Both the position numbers and the translations under genes were made by a program. The notes beneath the pieces were generated by a model that saw nothing but the letters and a program-made list of their open reading frames with translations, was not told the origin of the DNA and did not search any database. 64,000 nucleotides of DNA. Origin: Anaeromyxobacter sp. (GTDB lineage Bacteria; Myxococcota; Myxococcia; Myxococcales; Anaeromyxobacteraceae). The stretch spans positions 16,594 to 80,593 of the forward strand of contig JANYBC010000066.1 of the NCBI GenBank assembly GCA_025360965.1, given 5' to 3'. This document shows, in pieces, positions 30,254 through 40,916 of this stretch (its first letter is position 1; every line of letters starts with the position of its first letter).

Positions 30254-31048
30254 TCAGGTGGCCCCCCCGGCGAAGGCCTCGAGCAGCGACGCCACCTCGC
30301 CCGGACGGGAGATGAAGGGGGCGTGGCCGACGGCCGGGAAGGTGACGAGACGGGCCGAGGGGAGCCGGAGGGCCAGGGCCCGTGCCGCCCCCACCGGGCA
30401 GATGGCGTCGGCCTCGCCGTGCAGCAGCAGGACCGGGCCGCGGACGGCCGGGAGCGCCGCGCGCAGGTCGGCGCTGGCGAGGATGTCGAGGCCGGCCAGG
30501 GCGCAGGCCAGGTCCGGTGGCGGCGCGGTGGCCAGGGCGGCGCGCCCGTCCTCGTCGAGCTCGCCGGGCGCGAAGCAGTCATCGAGGAACCGGGCCTGCA
30601 CCGCCTCGGGCCGGCGCCGCAGCAGGGCCGCCATGGCCTCCAGGGCGCGTGCCGGCGGCCCATGCGGCCAGTCGTCACCTGGGGTGAAGCGCGGCGTGGC
30701 GCCGATCAGCACCAGCCGGTCCACCCGGGCCGCGAGCAGGGGCAGGGCGGAGAGCGCCACCTGCCCTCCGAGTGACCAGCCGAGCAGGAGCGCGCCGCGC
30801 AGGTCGAGCGCCTCGGCCAGCGCCGCCACGTCCCCGGCCAGGTCGGCGAGCGCGAAGGGGCCGGGCGCCGAGCGGCCGTGGCCGCGCAGGTCCAGCCGCA
30901 CCACGCGGTGGCGGGTCGAGAGGCGCCCCGCCAGCGCGGCGAAGTCGGCGCCGGAGCGCGACCACCCGTGGACCAGCAGCAGCGGCGGGCCGGAGCCCTG
31001 ATCCTCGAAGAAGAGGTCCGGCGCGCGGGCTGTCTGGAGGGCGGGCAT
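30254..31048 (-). CDS. bioH: alpha/beta hydrolase, BioH-like pimeloyl-ACP methyl ester esterase
   Basis: 264 aa with LLLVHGW, the nucleophile elbow GWSLGG and the C-terminal catalytic His context VGHAPF. Confidence 0.65.
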   Translation of the reverse strand: MPALQTARAPDLFFEDQGSGPPLLLVHGWSRSGADFAALAGRLSTRHRVVRLDLRGHGRSAPGPFALADLAGDVAALAEALDLRGALLLGWSLGGQVALSALPLLAARVDRLVLIGATPRFTPGDDWPHGPPARALEAMAALLRRRPEAVQARFLDDCFAPGELDEDGRAALATAPPPDLACALAGLDILASADLRAALPAVRGPVLLLHGEADAICPVGAARALALRLPSARLVTFPAVGHAPFISRPGEVASLLEAFAGGAT

Positions 31049-31087
31049 CGGGGGGAGAGGGAGGATCCCAGCCCACCCGGGCGCTCG

Positions 31088-32674
31088 TCAACCTCCCTTG
31101 AGTAGGGTGGTTGACGAGGGCTGGGGGGCGGGGGGAACGCCGCCGCCGCCGAGCCAGGCCTCGCGGAGCCAGGCGCCTGCCTCGGGCGAGCGCCACCACG
31201 GGCGATCACCGGCGCGAACCGCCAGCGCCGCCGAGAGCCGGGCGGTGAGCAGGTGGGCGCGCAGCGTGTCGGCGGCCCGCAGCAGCGGGTCCGGCTCGAG
31301 CCGCCACGGGAGCGGCACGCCCCGCTCGACCGGATGGCCGAAGGCCCGCGGGGCCAGCTCGGCCCAGCGGGCCGAAGCGGTGGCCGGGTCCCGGGCCCTG
31401 GCCACCTCGATGAGCACGGTGGCCGCAGCGACCCGCATCGCATGGGTCCGGCGGGCGGCAGCCACCCGGGCCTCGCGCTCTGCCGCCGCGGGGGCGACGC
31501 CGCGCGTGGTGAGCCAGGCCCGGTCGGAGGCGATCTCCTCGAAGAGCAGCCCCCAGGCCTGCGTCTGCCAGGCGGGTGGCAGGCGCCGGTCCTCGAGCGA
31601 TGCGCCCGGCTCGACGTGGGCCAGCGAGAGGGCGACGCCGAGCTCGTGGAGCGAGGAGCGGTAGGCGTCGAGGCCAGCCAGCGGCGTCAGCGCCAGCCGG
31701 ATGCTCGCCGGCACCTCGACCGGGACCGCCAGCGGCCGTGGGATCTTGCCGGGGCGGGCGTCGGCGTCGACGATGAGCCGACCGCCGGCGGAGAGGTCGA
31801 GGCCGAGCCCGGTGACGAGGAGGCCGAGATCGGAGACCAGCCGATCGGCCGGGAAGGCGCCCGGGGTGGCGGTGGCGCGGAGGAGCCGAGGCAGGTCCCA
31901 CTCCTGCAGCCGCGCCGCGCCTGCGCCGAGTTCCTGCCGGGCCAGCGCGTCGAGGGTGGCAGGCCAGGACTGGTCGCCGGCGGCCAGCGTCGACTCGGCC
32001 AGCGCCGCCAGCTGCTCGGGGTCCTCGAGCCGCAGCGCGCCGGCCAGCGCCAGCGGCGAGGTGAAGCCGCGCGAGCTCCCGGCCCGGAGCAGGGCGGCGT
32101 CGCGCGCCGCGGTCGCCTTCTCGAGCTTGAGCAGGGACCCGGCCCAGGCTGCCGCGGCCGCCTTGCGGCGCGGGGCCTCGGGCTCGCCGGCCAGCAGGGC
32201 CGGCAGGCCGCGCAGCGGGACCGTTCGCTTCTCCCAGGCGAAGGTGGCCGCGGAGCGCGCTGCCGCCACGGCCTGCGTCGGCTCGGCGGCGGCGCGGGCC
32301 AGCTGTTCGCCGAGCACGAAGGCCCGGAGCCGCTCCAGCCGCGAGCGCTCGGCGCCGGCGCCGGCGGCGGCGATCGCCTCCTGCAGCGCGGCCAGCCCGG
32401 CCGGATCGAGCAGCGCCTCGCGCCCGGCCCAGGTGGCGGATGGGTCGGCCGGCTCGCCCGTGGTCCAGCCGCGCCACGCCGCCTCGCCCTGGGCCCGGAG
32501 GAGCGACTCGGCCGCCTCGCGCAGCGGTGTGAAGCGGTCGGGGGCGGCCGGCGGCGGGGCCAGTGCGGCAGGCGTGGAGGCGGCGCTGGCCGGCAGGGGC
32601 GGGGCGCCACCGCCGAGCGAGGGCGAGTGGGCGCAGGCGGCGAGGACGAGGAGCGAAGCGAGTAGGGGTCTCAC
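31088..32674 (-). CDS. hypothetical Ala-rich lipoprotein
   Basis: 528 aa with a signal peptide and lipobox (SLLVLAAC). No catalytic motif is confirmed; HELGV at 31634-31648 is not an HExxH. Confidence 0.5.
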   Translation of the reverse strand: MRPLLASLLVLAACAHSPSLGGGAPPLPASAASTPAALAPPPAAPDRFTPLREAAESLLRAQGEAAWRGWTTGEPADPSATWAGREALLDPAGLAALQEAIAAAGAGAERSRLERLRAFVLGEQLARAAAEPTQAVAAARSAATFAWEKRTVPLRGLPALLAGEPEAPRRKAAAAAWAGSLLKLEKATAARDAALLRAGSSRGFTSPLALAGALRLEDPEQLAALAESTLAAGDQSWPATLDALARQELGAGAARLQEWDLPRLLRATATPGAFPADRLVSDLGLLVTGLGLDLSAGGRLIVDADARPGKIPRPLAVPVEVPASIRLALTPLAGLDAYRSSLHELGVALSLAHVEPGASLEDRRLPPAWQTQAWGLLFEEIASDRAWLTTRGVAPAAAEREARVAAARRTHAMRVAAATVLIEVARARDPATASARWAELAPRAFGHPVERGVPLPWRLEPDPLLRAADTLRAHLLTARLSAALAVRAGDRPWWRSPEAGAWLREAWLGGGGVPPAPQPSSTTLLKGG

Positions 32675-32792
32675 AGGGCGCGCATGCTAACACCGCCGCC
32701 CCCGTCCGAAATCGGCAACGGCCCGGAATCACGGGGTCGCCGCGCGGTCGGCTGGTCCGCGCCCCGGCCGCCCCTTCGGCTAGACTCCTCCC

Positions 32793-33818
<1,026 letters not shown>

Positions 33819-33821
33819 CCG

Positions 33822-35231
33822 CTACCTCCGGTCCGGTGCCGGGACGGGCGGCGCCTTCACCGGTGGGGACGACGTCACTCGGGGCAGGGTCTCGGGAGCC
33901 TCGGCCAGCTGCCAGGCCATGATCGTCATGGCCGCCGCCGAGGCGATCAGCTCGGCCGGGACCACCTTGTCGAAGGTGTCGGCCGCGGAGTGGTGCCAGT
34001 CGAAGTAGCGCGAGGTCTCCTGCTGCAGGGAGAGCGTCGGCACGCCGGCCTCCTGGAGCGGCGAGATGTCCGCGCCGCCGGCGCCGGCCTCGACGCGGGT
34101 TGCCTCCAGGGAGGCCAGCGGCGACGCCAGCCTTCGCACCAACGCCAGGCCGACTTCACCTGCGGTCACCGAGAAGCCGAGCGGCCTCCCGGCGCCGCTG
34201 TCGGCCTCGACTGCGGCGACGGTGCGCGGAAGCTCGGCGGCGTGGCGCCGGGCGTAGCCGAGGCCGCCCTCCAGGCCATTCTCCTCGTTCATGAAGAGCA
34301 CGGCCCGGACGGTGCGGCGCGGCGCCTGCGGCTGGAGCGAGATCTGCCGCAGCGCCTCCATCACCATCACCACGCCGGCGCCGTCGTCGATGGCACCGGT
34401 CCCGAGGTCCCAGGAGTCGAGGTGGGCGCCGATCAGCACCACCTCCTCGGGCCGCTCCCGGCCCCGCACCTCGGCCAGCACGTTGGCCGATTCGACGGTG
34501 GCCGGCGAGGCGAAGCCGCAGCCCAGCGTGAGCTGGACGCGGACCGGTCCGCGGGCCAGCAGCCGATGCAGCAGCTCGGCGTCCTCGACCGAGACCGCAG
34601 CGGCCGGGATGGGCGAAGCGCCGCCCTCCCAGCTGGTCATGCCGGTGTGTGGGGTTCGCAGCGAGGCGGTGGCCAGCGAGCGGACCAAAGCGCCAGCCGC
34701 GCCGACCCGGGAGGCGGTGGCGGGCCCCCGGGTCCGGAGCTGGGCGGTGTCGCCGTACCCCGGCCCGCCGGTGGCCATGGCGTGGTTGAAGAAGACGATC
34801 CGTCCACGGGCCTGCGCGCCCAGGGCGGCCGCCTCCTCCAGCGAGCGGACCTCGATCACCTCGGCGCTGAGCCCACCCCCGGCCGTGCCCGGGCTGTTGC
34901 CGAGCGCCGTCACCGCCAGGCGCTGCGGCCGGAGGACCGGGCCGCCGACGAGCAGCTCGGCGCGCTCCTCGCCCCGCGTCCAGGCCGTCACCGTGACCGG
35001 CTCGAGCCAGGCCTTGAGCCCGTCCGCCTCGAAGGCGCGCAGAGCCCAGGCCACCGCGGCGGCGGCGCCCGGCGACCCGGCCAGCCGCGGCCCGACCGTG
35101 TCGGTCAGCTCGGCGAGCCGCGCCACGGCCTGGCTCTGGCCCTGGGTCGCCCGCAGCAGCCGCTCCGGGACCTCGGCGGAGGCGGCGGGGGGCGCGGCGA
35201 GCATGAGGAGAAGGCAGGGGGTGGCGAGCAT
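33822..35231 (-). CDS. M28-family metallo-aminopeptidase (secreted)
   Basis: 469 aa with a signal peptide and the M28 zinc-ligand context VVLIGAHLDSWDLGTGAIDDGAGV plus NEENGLEG. Confidence 0.8.
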   Translation of the reverse strand: MLATPCLLLMLAAPPAASAEVPERLLRATQGQSQAVARLAELTDTVGPRLAGSPGAAAAVAWALRAFEADGLKAWLEPVTVTAWTRGEERAELLVGGPVLRPQRLAVTALGNSPGTAGGGLSAEVIEVRSLEEAAALGAQARGRIVFFNHAMATGGPGYGDTAQLRTRGPATASRVGAAGALVRSLATASLRTPHTGMTSWEGGASPIPAAAVSVEDAELLHRLLARGPVRVQLTLGCGFASPATVESANVLAEVRGRERPEEVVLIGAHLDSWDLGTGAIDDGAGVVMVMEALRQISLQPQAPRRTVRAVLFMNEENGLEGGLGYARRHAAELPRTVAAVEADSGAGRPLGFSVTAGEVGLALVRRLASPLASLEATRVEAGAGGADISPLQEAGVPTLSLQQETSRYFDWHHSAADTFDKVVPAELIASAAAMTIMAWQLAEAPETLPRVTSSPPVKAPPVPAPDRR

Positions 35232-35339
35232 AGTGGCCTCCGATGGCGCGATGGGTCCGGGGACCCGGTTGTAGCGGAGCGAGGCGCACCGGTCGAGCGC
35301 GCCGCTCGCCGCCGGGGCAGCGCGCCACCGAGGCCCGGC

Positions 35340-36995
35340 TCAGGGGTCGCCGACCGGCTCGGACGGCGGCACCGGCACCACCGGGCGGCTCGGCAGATCG
35401 ACGAGGAAGCGGGCCCCCTCGCCAGGGACGCTCTCGACCCGGATCGAGCCGCCGTGCGCCTCGACGATGCGCTTGACGATGTAGAGCCCGAGCCCCAGCC
35501 CGCCGTAGTTCTGGCTCGACACCGCCCGCTCGAAGCGCTCGAAGATGTGGCGCTGGTCCGCCTCGGCGACGCCGATGCCCTGGTCGCGCACCTGCAGGAA
35601 CGCCACGCCGTCCTGCCCGCCGTAGCGGAGCTGCACCGGCTTGCCGGCGCCGTACTTGGCGGCGTTGGCCAGCAGGTTCACGACCACCTGTCCGATGCGC
35701 AGCGGGTCCCAGCGCCCCACCACCGGCTCACCCTGGACCTCGAGCGTGGAGCCGGCCTGCGCCAGCTCGTCGGCCAGCGACGCCGCCGCCTCCGACACCA
35801 CCGCCCCCAGCTCGACCTCGGCCACGTCCAGCTCGAGCCGGCCCATGTGGATGCGCGACACGTCAAGCAGCGCCTCCACCAGCTTCTCCAGGCGCTGGCC
35901 GGCCCGCTCCGACGCGGTGAGCACCCGGTCGATGGCGGTCCCCGGGCCGCCGGGCACGCCAGCGCGCGCCACCACTCGCCGCATGTTCTCCAGCGCCAAC
36001 CTGAGCGAGGTGAGCGGCGTGCGCAGCTCGTGCGAGGCGATGGAGAGGAACTCGTCGCGGGCCACCACCGCCGCCTGGGCCTGCCCGTAAAGCCGGGCGT
36101 TCTCGATGGCCTGCGCGGCCCGGTGGGCCAGGTCGTCGAGCAGGGTCTCGTCCTCGCGAGTGTAGCCGGGGCCGCCCAGGTCGCGGGTCAGGGTGAGGTG
36201 TCCGAAGACCTGTCCGCGGCGCGCCAGCGGGGCGATCAGCATCGAGGTCGCCCCGTCGAGGTAGGGCCAGTACTCGGGCTTCATGTGGGCGTGGATGAAC
36301 TCGCGGGTCAGCTCGGGGATGCGCAGGGTCTCGCCGGTGGCCAGCACCCGCGAGGTGATCCCCTCGTCGATGCGCTGCGGGGCCGCCAGGAGCACCTCGC
36401 GGCGCAACGCCTCGCGCGATGGGTCGGGGTGATGCAGGGCGGCCGGCACCAGCCAGCGACCATCGGCCGAGACCAGCCGGATCAGGGCGCCATCGCCGAT
36501 CAGCTCGCTGAGCCGGCGGGCCACCGTCTCGAGCGTGGCCTGCTCGTCGAGGCCGCTGGCGAAGGCGCGCGAGGCCTCGGCCTGCGCCTCCAGCCGGGAG
36601 GCCTGCCGGCGGAGCCGCTCCTCGGCCTCGTTCAGCTCGGAGGTGTCGGTGGCCAGCCCCACCACCTCCAGCAGCGTCCCCTTGTCGTCGCGCACCGCCG
36701 CGAAGCGTGCCTCGTAGAAGCGGTCGCCGAGCAGCCCCCGGGCGGTCCCGGTCCGGCCTGCCAAAGCGCGCTGCACCGCCTCCTGGACCCAGGTCGCGTC
36801 GGGGAAGAGCTCGGCCACGGTGCGTCCCACGCCCGGCGAGGCGCGGCGCCCCAGCGCCCGCAGCAGACGCCCCTCGGCCATCACCACCCGGCCCTGGAGG
36901 TCGATGACGAAGAAGATGCTGGGGGCCTGGCCGACCAGCGCCCGGAGCCGCCGCTCGGTGGCCCCCTCTCCAGCGCGTCTTCGGAAGAGCCGCAT
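35340..36995 (-). CDS. PAS/GAF sensor histidine kinase
   Basis: 551 aa with H-box SHELRTPLTSL, N-box NLLANAAKYG, G1 DQGIGV and G2 GGLGLGLYIV. PAS-like and GAF-like regions precede the kinase core. Confidence 0.85.
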   Translation of the reverse strand: MRLFRRRAGEGATERRLRALVGQAPSIFFVIDLQGRVVMAEGRLLRALGRRASPGVGRTVAELFPDATWVQEAVQRALAGRTGTARGLLGDRFYEARFAAVRDDKGTLLEVVGLATDTSELNEAEERLRRQASRLEAQAEASRAFASGLDEQATLETVARRLSELIGDGALIRLVSADGRWLVPAALHHPDPSREALRREVLLAAPQRIDEGITSRVLATGETLRIPELTREFIHAHMKPEYWPYLDGATSMLIAPLARRGQVFGHLTLTRDLGGPGYTREDETLLDDLAHRAAQAIENARLYGQAQAAVVARDEFLSIASHELRTPLTSLRLALENMRRVVARAGVPGGPGTAIDRVLTASERAGQRLEKLVEALLDVSRIHMGRLELDVAEVELGAVVSEAAASLADELAQAGSTLEVQGEPVVGRWDPLRIGQVVVNLLANAAKYGAGKPVQLRYGGQDGVAFLQVRDQGIGVAEADQRHIFERFERAVSSQNYGGLGLGLYIVKRIVEAHGGSIRVESVPGEGARFLVDLPSRPVVPVPPSEPVGDP

Positions 36996-37067
36996 GGCAG
37001 AGTCATCCTAACGTCGGCGTCCGGTGCGTGGAAGCGGACCCGGCCGTCCTTCCGGAAGGGCGCCCCC

Positions 37068-38234
37068 TCAGGGGACGCGGAGGAAGAGCACCTTCAGGTA
37101 GCGGGTCTCCGGGACGCCCATCAGCACCGGGTGGTCGCGCCCGGCGCCGCGCCGCTCCAGCAGCTGGACCTCGCGGCCGGCGTCGCGGGCCGCCTCCAGC
37201 ACCAGCTCCTCCAGCATGGCCTCGGAGAGGTGGTAGCTGCAGGAGCCGGTCACCAGCAGGCCGCCCGGCTTGAGCACCTGGAAGGCGCGCAGGTTGATCT
37301 CCTTGTAGCCGCGCCGCGCCGCCGGGAGCGACTCCTTGTTCTTGGCGAAGGCCGGCGGGTCGAGCACCACGGTGTCGAAGGCCGGCGCCTCCTCGGCCCG
37401 GTCGCGCAGGTAGTCGAAGGCGTTCTGCTCCACCAGCTCGAGGTTGCTGGAGCCGTTCAGCTCGGCGTTGGCGCGCAGCAGCCCCATGGCGGTCGGCTGC
37501 ATCTCCACGGCCGTGACCTGCTGGCCGCGCCGCGCCAGCTGGAGCGCGAAGCCGCCGGCGTAGCTGAAGCAGTCGAGGCAGCGCCCGCGCGCGTACTCGC
37601 CGGCGCGGAGGTGGTTCTCGCGCTGGTCGAGGAAGGCGCCGGTCTTCTGGCCGGTGAGCACGTCGATGCGGAGGCGCACCTCCCCCTCGCGGTACTCGAG
37701 CGGGGCCGGCTCGGGACCCCGCAGCACCCCCTTCACCTGGACCAGCCCCTCCAGCTCACGCACCCGCACGTCGTTGCGCTCCACCACGGTGGCGACGCCG
37801 GTGGCCGCCGCCACCAGCTCGGCCAGCAGCCCCTTGCGCTGCTCGGTGGCCGGGACCAGGGTCTGCAGCACCGCCACGTCGCCGTAGCGGTCCGCCACCA
37901 GCCCGGGGAGCAGGTCGGCCTCGCCGTGCACCAGCCGGTAGGCGGTCTGGCCCGGGAAGATCCGCTGCCGCAGCTCCAGGGCCGAGGCGATGCGGCCCGC
38001 CAGGAAGGGCTCATCGACCGCCTCCTCGTCGCGGGTCACGATCCGCAGGGCGATCTGCGACTGCTCCGAGTACCAGGCCTTGGCGAGGAAGCGTCGCCGG
38101 CCGTCCACCACCGCCACCACGTCGCCGGCCTTGGCGCCCGGGGCCTTGGAGACGTCGCCGCGGTAGATCCAGAGGTGGCCCTTCTGCAGCCGCTCGGCCC
38201 CGCGGCGGGTGACCTCGACCATGGGCTCGTTCAT
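37068..38234 (-). CDS. rlmI: class I SAM-dependent rRNA methyltransferase (RlmI-like, PUA + MTase)
   Basis: 388 aa with VLDCFSYAGGFAL and DTVVLDPPAFAK motifs and an N-terminal PUA-like region. The start overlaps the stop of the upstream gene (ATGA). Confidence 0.75.
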   Translation of the reverse strand: MNEPMVEVTRRGAERLQKGHLWIYRGDVSKAPGAKAGDVVAVVDGRRRFLAKAWYSEQSQIALRIVTRDEEAVDEPFLAGRIASALELRQRIFPGQTAYRLVHGEADLLPGLVADRYGDVAVLQTLVPATEQRKGLLAELVAAATGVATVVERNDVRVRELEGLVQVKGVLRGPEPAPLEYREGEVRLRIDVLTGQKTGAFLDQRENHLRAGEYARGRCLDCFSYAGGFALQLARRGQQVTAVEMQPTAMGLLRANAELNGSSNLELVEQNAFDYLRDRAEEAPAFDTVVLDPPAFAKNKESLPAARRGYKEINLRAFQVLKPGGLLVTGSCSYHLSEAMLEELVLEAARDAGREVQLLERRGAGRDHPVLMGVPETRYLKVLFLRVP

Positions 38235-39415
38235 GGGGCGCCCGGGGAGGCCGCGGCGCGCGCCGCGGCGAAGCCCCGCTCCAGGTCCTCGCGCAGGTCG
38301 TCGACGTGCTCGATGCCGACCGAGACTCGGATGAAGCCGTCGGCGATCCCGAGCGCGGCGCGGGTCGCGGCCGGCACGCTGGCGTGGGTCATGATGGCCG
38401 GGTGCTCGATGAGGCTCTCGACGCCGCCCAGCGACTCGGCGCAGGCGAAGACCTCGACCGCCTTCAGGAAGGCGCTGGCCGCCGGCAGCCCGCCGCGGAT
38501 CGTGAAGGCCAGCATGCCGCCGAAGCCGGTCATCTGCCGCTTCGCCAGGGCGTGCTGCGGGTGGCTCGGCAGCCCCGGGTAGATGACCCGCTCCACCTGG
38601 GCGTGCCCCTCGAGGAAGCGGGCCAGCGCGCCGGCGTTCTCGGCGTGGCGGGCCATGCGGACGTGGAGCGTCTTCAGGCCTCGCAGCACCAGGAACGAGT
38701 CCATGGGGGAGGGGACCCCGCCCACCGCGTTCTGCAGGAACTTGAGCCGGTCGTAGAGCGCCCCGTCGCTGAGCATGACCGCGCCGCCGATGACGTCGGA
38801 GTGGCCGTTCAGGTACTTGGTGGTCGAGTGGGCCACCAGGTCGACGCCCAGTGCCAGCGGCCGCTGGAAGAAGGGGGTGGCGAAGGTGTTGTCGACGACG
38901 CTCAGGGCGCCGGCGGCCCGGGCCAGCTTGGCCACCGCCGCCAGGTCGACGATCTTGAGCATGGGGTTGGTGGGGCTCTCGATCCAGACCATGCGGGTGC
39001 TGGGCCGCAGCGCCCTGGCCACGTTGGCCGGGTCGGTCATGTCCACGTAGCTGAACTCGAGCCCGTGGCGCTTGAAGACCTTGTCGAAGAGCCGGAAGGT
39101 GCCGCCGTAGACGTCGTCGCTGGCCAGCACGTGATCGCCGGCCGAGAGCAGGTGCAGGAGCGCGTCGGTGGCCGCCAGCCCGGAGGCGAAGGCCAGCCCG
39201 TGGCGGGCCCCCTCCAGGGCGGCCAGGCAGTCCTGCAGCGCGTGGCGGGTCGGGTTCTGGGTGCGGCTGTACTCGAAGCCTTGGTGATTGCCCGGCCCGT
39301 CCTGCACGTAGGTGCTGGTCAGGTAGACCGGCGTCATCACCGCGCCGGTGGTCGGGTCGGGGCGCTGCCCGGCGTGGATCGCCAGGGTGTCGAAACGGCT
39401 CTTCGGGTCGGTCAT
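38231..39415 (-). CDS. cystathionine gamma-lyase/synthase family PLP enzyme
   Basis: 394 aa starting at MTDPKSRFDTLAIHAGQ, with the Cys/Met-metabolism PLP motif HSTTKYLNGHSD. The upstream part of the 913-aa track ORF is a run-on. Confidence 0.85.
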   Translation of the reverse strand: MTDPKSRFDTLAIHAGQRPDPTTGAVMTPVYLTSTYVQDGPGNHQGFEYSRTQNPTRHALQDCLAALEGARHGLAFASGLAATDALLHLLSAGDHVLASDDVYGGTFRLFDKVFKRHGLEFSYVDMTDPANVARALRPSTRMVWIESPTNPMLKIVDLAAVAKLARAAGALSVVDNTFATPFFQRPLALGVDLVAHSTTKYLNGHSDVIGGAVMLSDGALYDRLKFLQNAVGGVPSPMDSFLVLRGLKTLHVRMARHAENAGALARFLEGHAQVERVIYPGLPSHPQHALAKRQMTGFGGMLAFTIRGGLPAASAFLKAVEVFACAESLGGVESLIEHPAIMTHASVPAATRAALGIADGFIRVSVGIEHVDDLREDLERGFAAARAAASPGAP

Positions 39416-39444
39416 GTCGTCCTTGTGGCGGCGGGAGGCCGCGG

Positions 39445-40827
39445 CTACTTCATGCGCTGCCCGAGGAAGTCGATGAGGTCGATCTTGGTGAGGATGCCGG
39501 TCACTGTCTCGCCCTCGCGGACCACCGCCACGTTGTCGTCGTTGAAGATGTCGCGCAGCTTGGAGACCGGCGTGTCGGGGCCGACCGTGCCCTGCAGCGG
39601 CTGCACCAGCGGCTCCACCACCTCGGAGAGCCGGTGCTTCCCCTCGATGAGGAAGTTGAGCAGGTCGTACTCGTGGATCATGCCGATGACGCGCCCGCCG
39701 TCGTCGATCACCGGCATCTGCGAGATGTCGTGCTCCTTGAGCTTCTTGACGACCACCTCGACCTTGTCGGTCTTCCTGGCGGTGATGACGGCGCCGCGCC
39801 GCGCGCCGAGCACGTCCTTGACGGTGGCCGAGGCCACCGAGGGGCCGCCGTCGGTGAGCGGGAAGCCGTTGTCGCGCATCCACTCGTCGGAGAAGAACTT
39901 GGAGATGTAGCTGCGCCCGCCGTCGGGGAGCGGCACCACCACGGTCTTGCCGGCGCCCAGCTCGGCCGCCACCTGCACCGCCACGTGGACCGCCGCGCCC
40001 GAGGAGCCGCCGGCGAAGATCCCCTCCTCGCGGGCCAGCCGCCGGGCCATGGCGAAGGCCTGGGCGTCGTTCACCTGCCGCACGTCGTCGAGCACCGAGA
40101 GGTCCATGGCGCCGCACATCATGTCCTCGCCGATCCCCTCGACCTTGTAGACGTGCGGGGCGGAGAGCTTCCCGGTCTTGAACATCGAGTGGTAGACTGA
40201 GCCGACCGGGTCGGCCCCGATGCACTGGATGGCCGGGTTCCTGGCCTTGAAGAAGCGGCCGCAACCGCTCATGGTCCCGCCGGTGCCGACCCCGGCCACG
40301 AAGGCGTCGAACTTCCCGTTGGTCTGCTCCCAGATCTCCGGGGCGGTCAGCTGCAGGTGGGCCTCGACGTTGTCGGGGTTGTGGTACTGGTTCAGGTAGA
40401 AGCTGTTGGGCGTCTCGGCGGCGATGCGCCGGGCCACCGAGTAGTAGCTCTCGGGCGACTCGGCCGGCACGTTGGTGGGGGTCACGATCACCTGCGCACC
40501 GAAGGCCTTGAGCGTGTCCTGCTTCTCCTTCGACATCTTGTCCGGCATCGTGAAGATGCAGCGGTAGCCCTTGATGGCGGCGGCCAGGGCCACGCCCACG
40601 CCGGTGTTGCCGCTGGTGTTCTCGACGATGGTGCCGCCCGGCCGGAGCAGGCCGGCCCGCTCCGCCTTCTCGATGATGTGGAGCGCCATCCGGTCCTTGA
40701 TGGAGCCGCCCGGGTTGAGGAACTCGAGCTTGACCAGCACCGTGGCCGACGCCGCGCCGACCACCTTGTTGAGCTTGACGAGCGGGGTGTGGCCGATCGC
40801 GGAGAGGACGTTCTCGTGGTAGGCCAT
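39445..40827 (-). CDS. cystathionine beta-synthase (CysK-fold PLP domain + CBS pair)
   Basis: 460 aa with the PLP-lysine context NPGGSIKDR, TSGNTGVG, and a C-terminal tandem CBS domain (ISQMPVIDDGG..., VAVVREGETVTGILT). Confidence 0.85.
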   Translation of the reverse strand: MAYHENVLSAIGHTPLVKLNKVVGAASATVLVKLEFLNPGGSIKDRMALHIIEKAERAGLLRPGGTIVENTSGNTGVGVALAAAIKGYRCIFTMPDKMSKEKQDTLKAFGAQVIVTPTNVPAESPESYYSVARRIAAETPNSFYLNQYHNPDNVEAHLQLTAPEIWEQTNGKFDAFVAGVGTGGTMSGCGRFFKARNPAIQCIGADPVGSVYHSMFKTGKLSAPHVYKVEGIGEDMMCGAMDLSVLDDVRQVNDAQAFAMARRLAREEGIFAGGSSGAAVHVAVQVAAELGAGKTVVVPLPDGGRSYISKFFSDEWMRDNGFPLTDGGPSVASATVKDVLGARRGAVITARKTDKVEVVVKKLKEHDISQMPVIDDGGRVIGMIHEYDLLNFLIEGKHRLSEVVEPLVQPLQGTVGPDTPVSKLRDIFNDDNVAVVREGETVTGILTKIDLIDFLGQRMK

Positions 40828-40856
40828 GGGGCGCTCCGAGGCAGGAAGTTCGAGCC

Positions 40857-40885
40857 CTTATAGGCGTGGCCCCGGGGGGCGTCAA
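40857..40885 (-). promoter_or_regulatory. strong sigma-70-type promoter candidate for the CBS-CGL-rlmI operon
   Basis: The minus strand reads TTGACG (40885-40880), exactly 17 nt, then TATAAG (40862-40857). GGAG lies 6 nt before the ATG at 40827. Confidence 0.5.
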
Positions 40886-40916
40886 ACTCGTCCGGCCGCG
40901 CCGAGGAATTCCCCGA

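Noticed and set aside
31634-31648. HELGV in the 528-aa lipoprotein, as a possible HExxH zinc-peptidase (M3/PepF-like) site.
   Set aside because: The second His is replaced by Val, and no downstream Glu/His third ligand is recognisable. Family membership cannot be supported by eye, so the protein is left as hypothetical.
33990-38582. A 1530-aa + strand ORF, the longest in the window.
   Set aside because: It runs antisense through four well-supported minus-strand genes (M28 peptidase, histidine kinase, rlmI, CGL). It is Gly/Arg/Ala/Pro/Leu-rich with no recognisable motif. This is the typical stop-free mirror frame of very GC-rich DNA.
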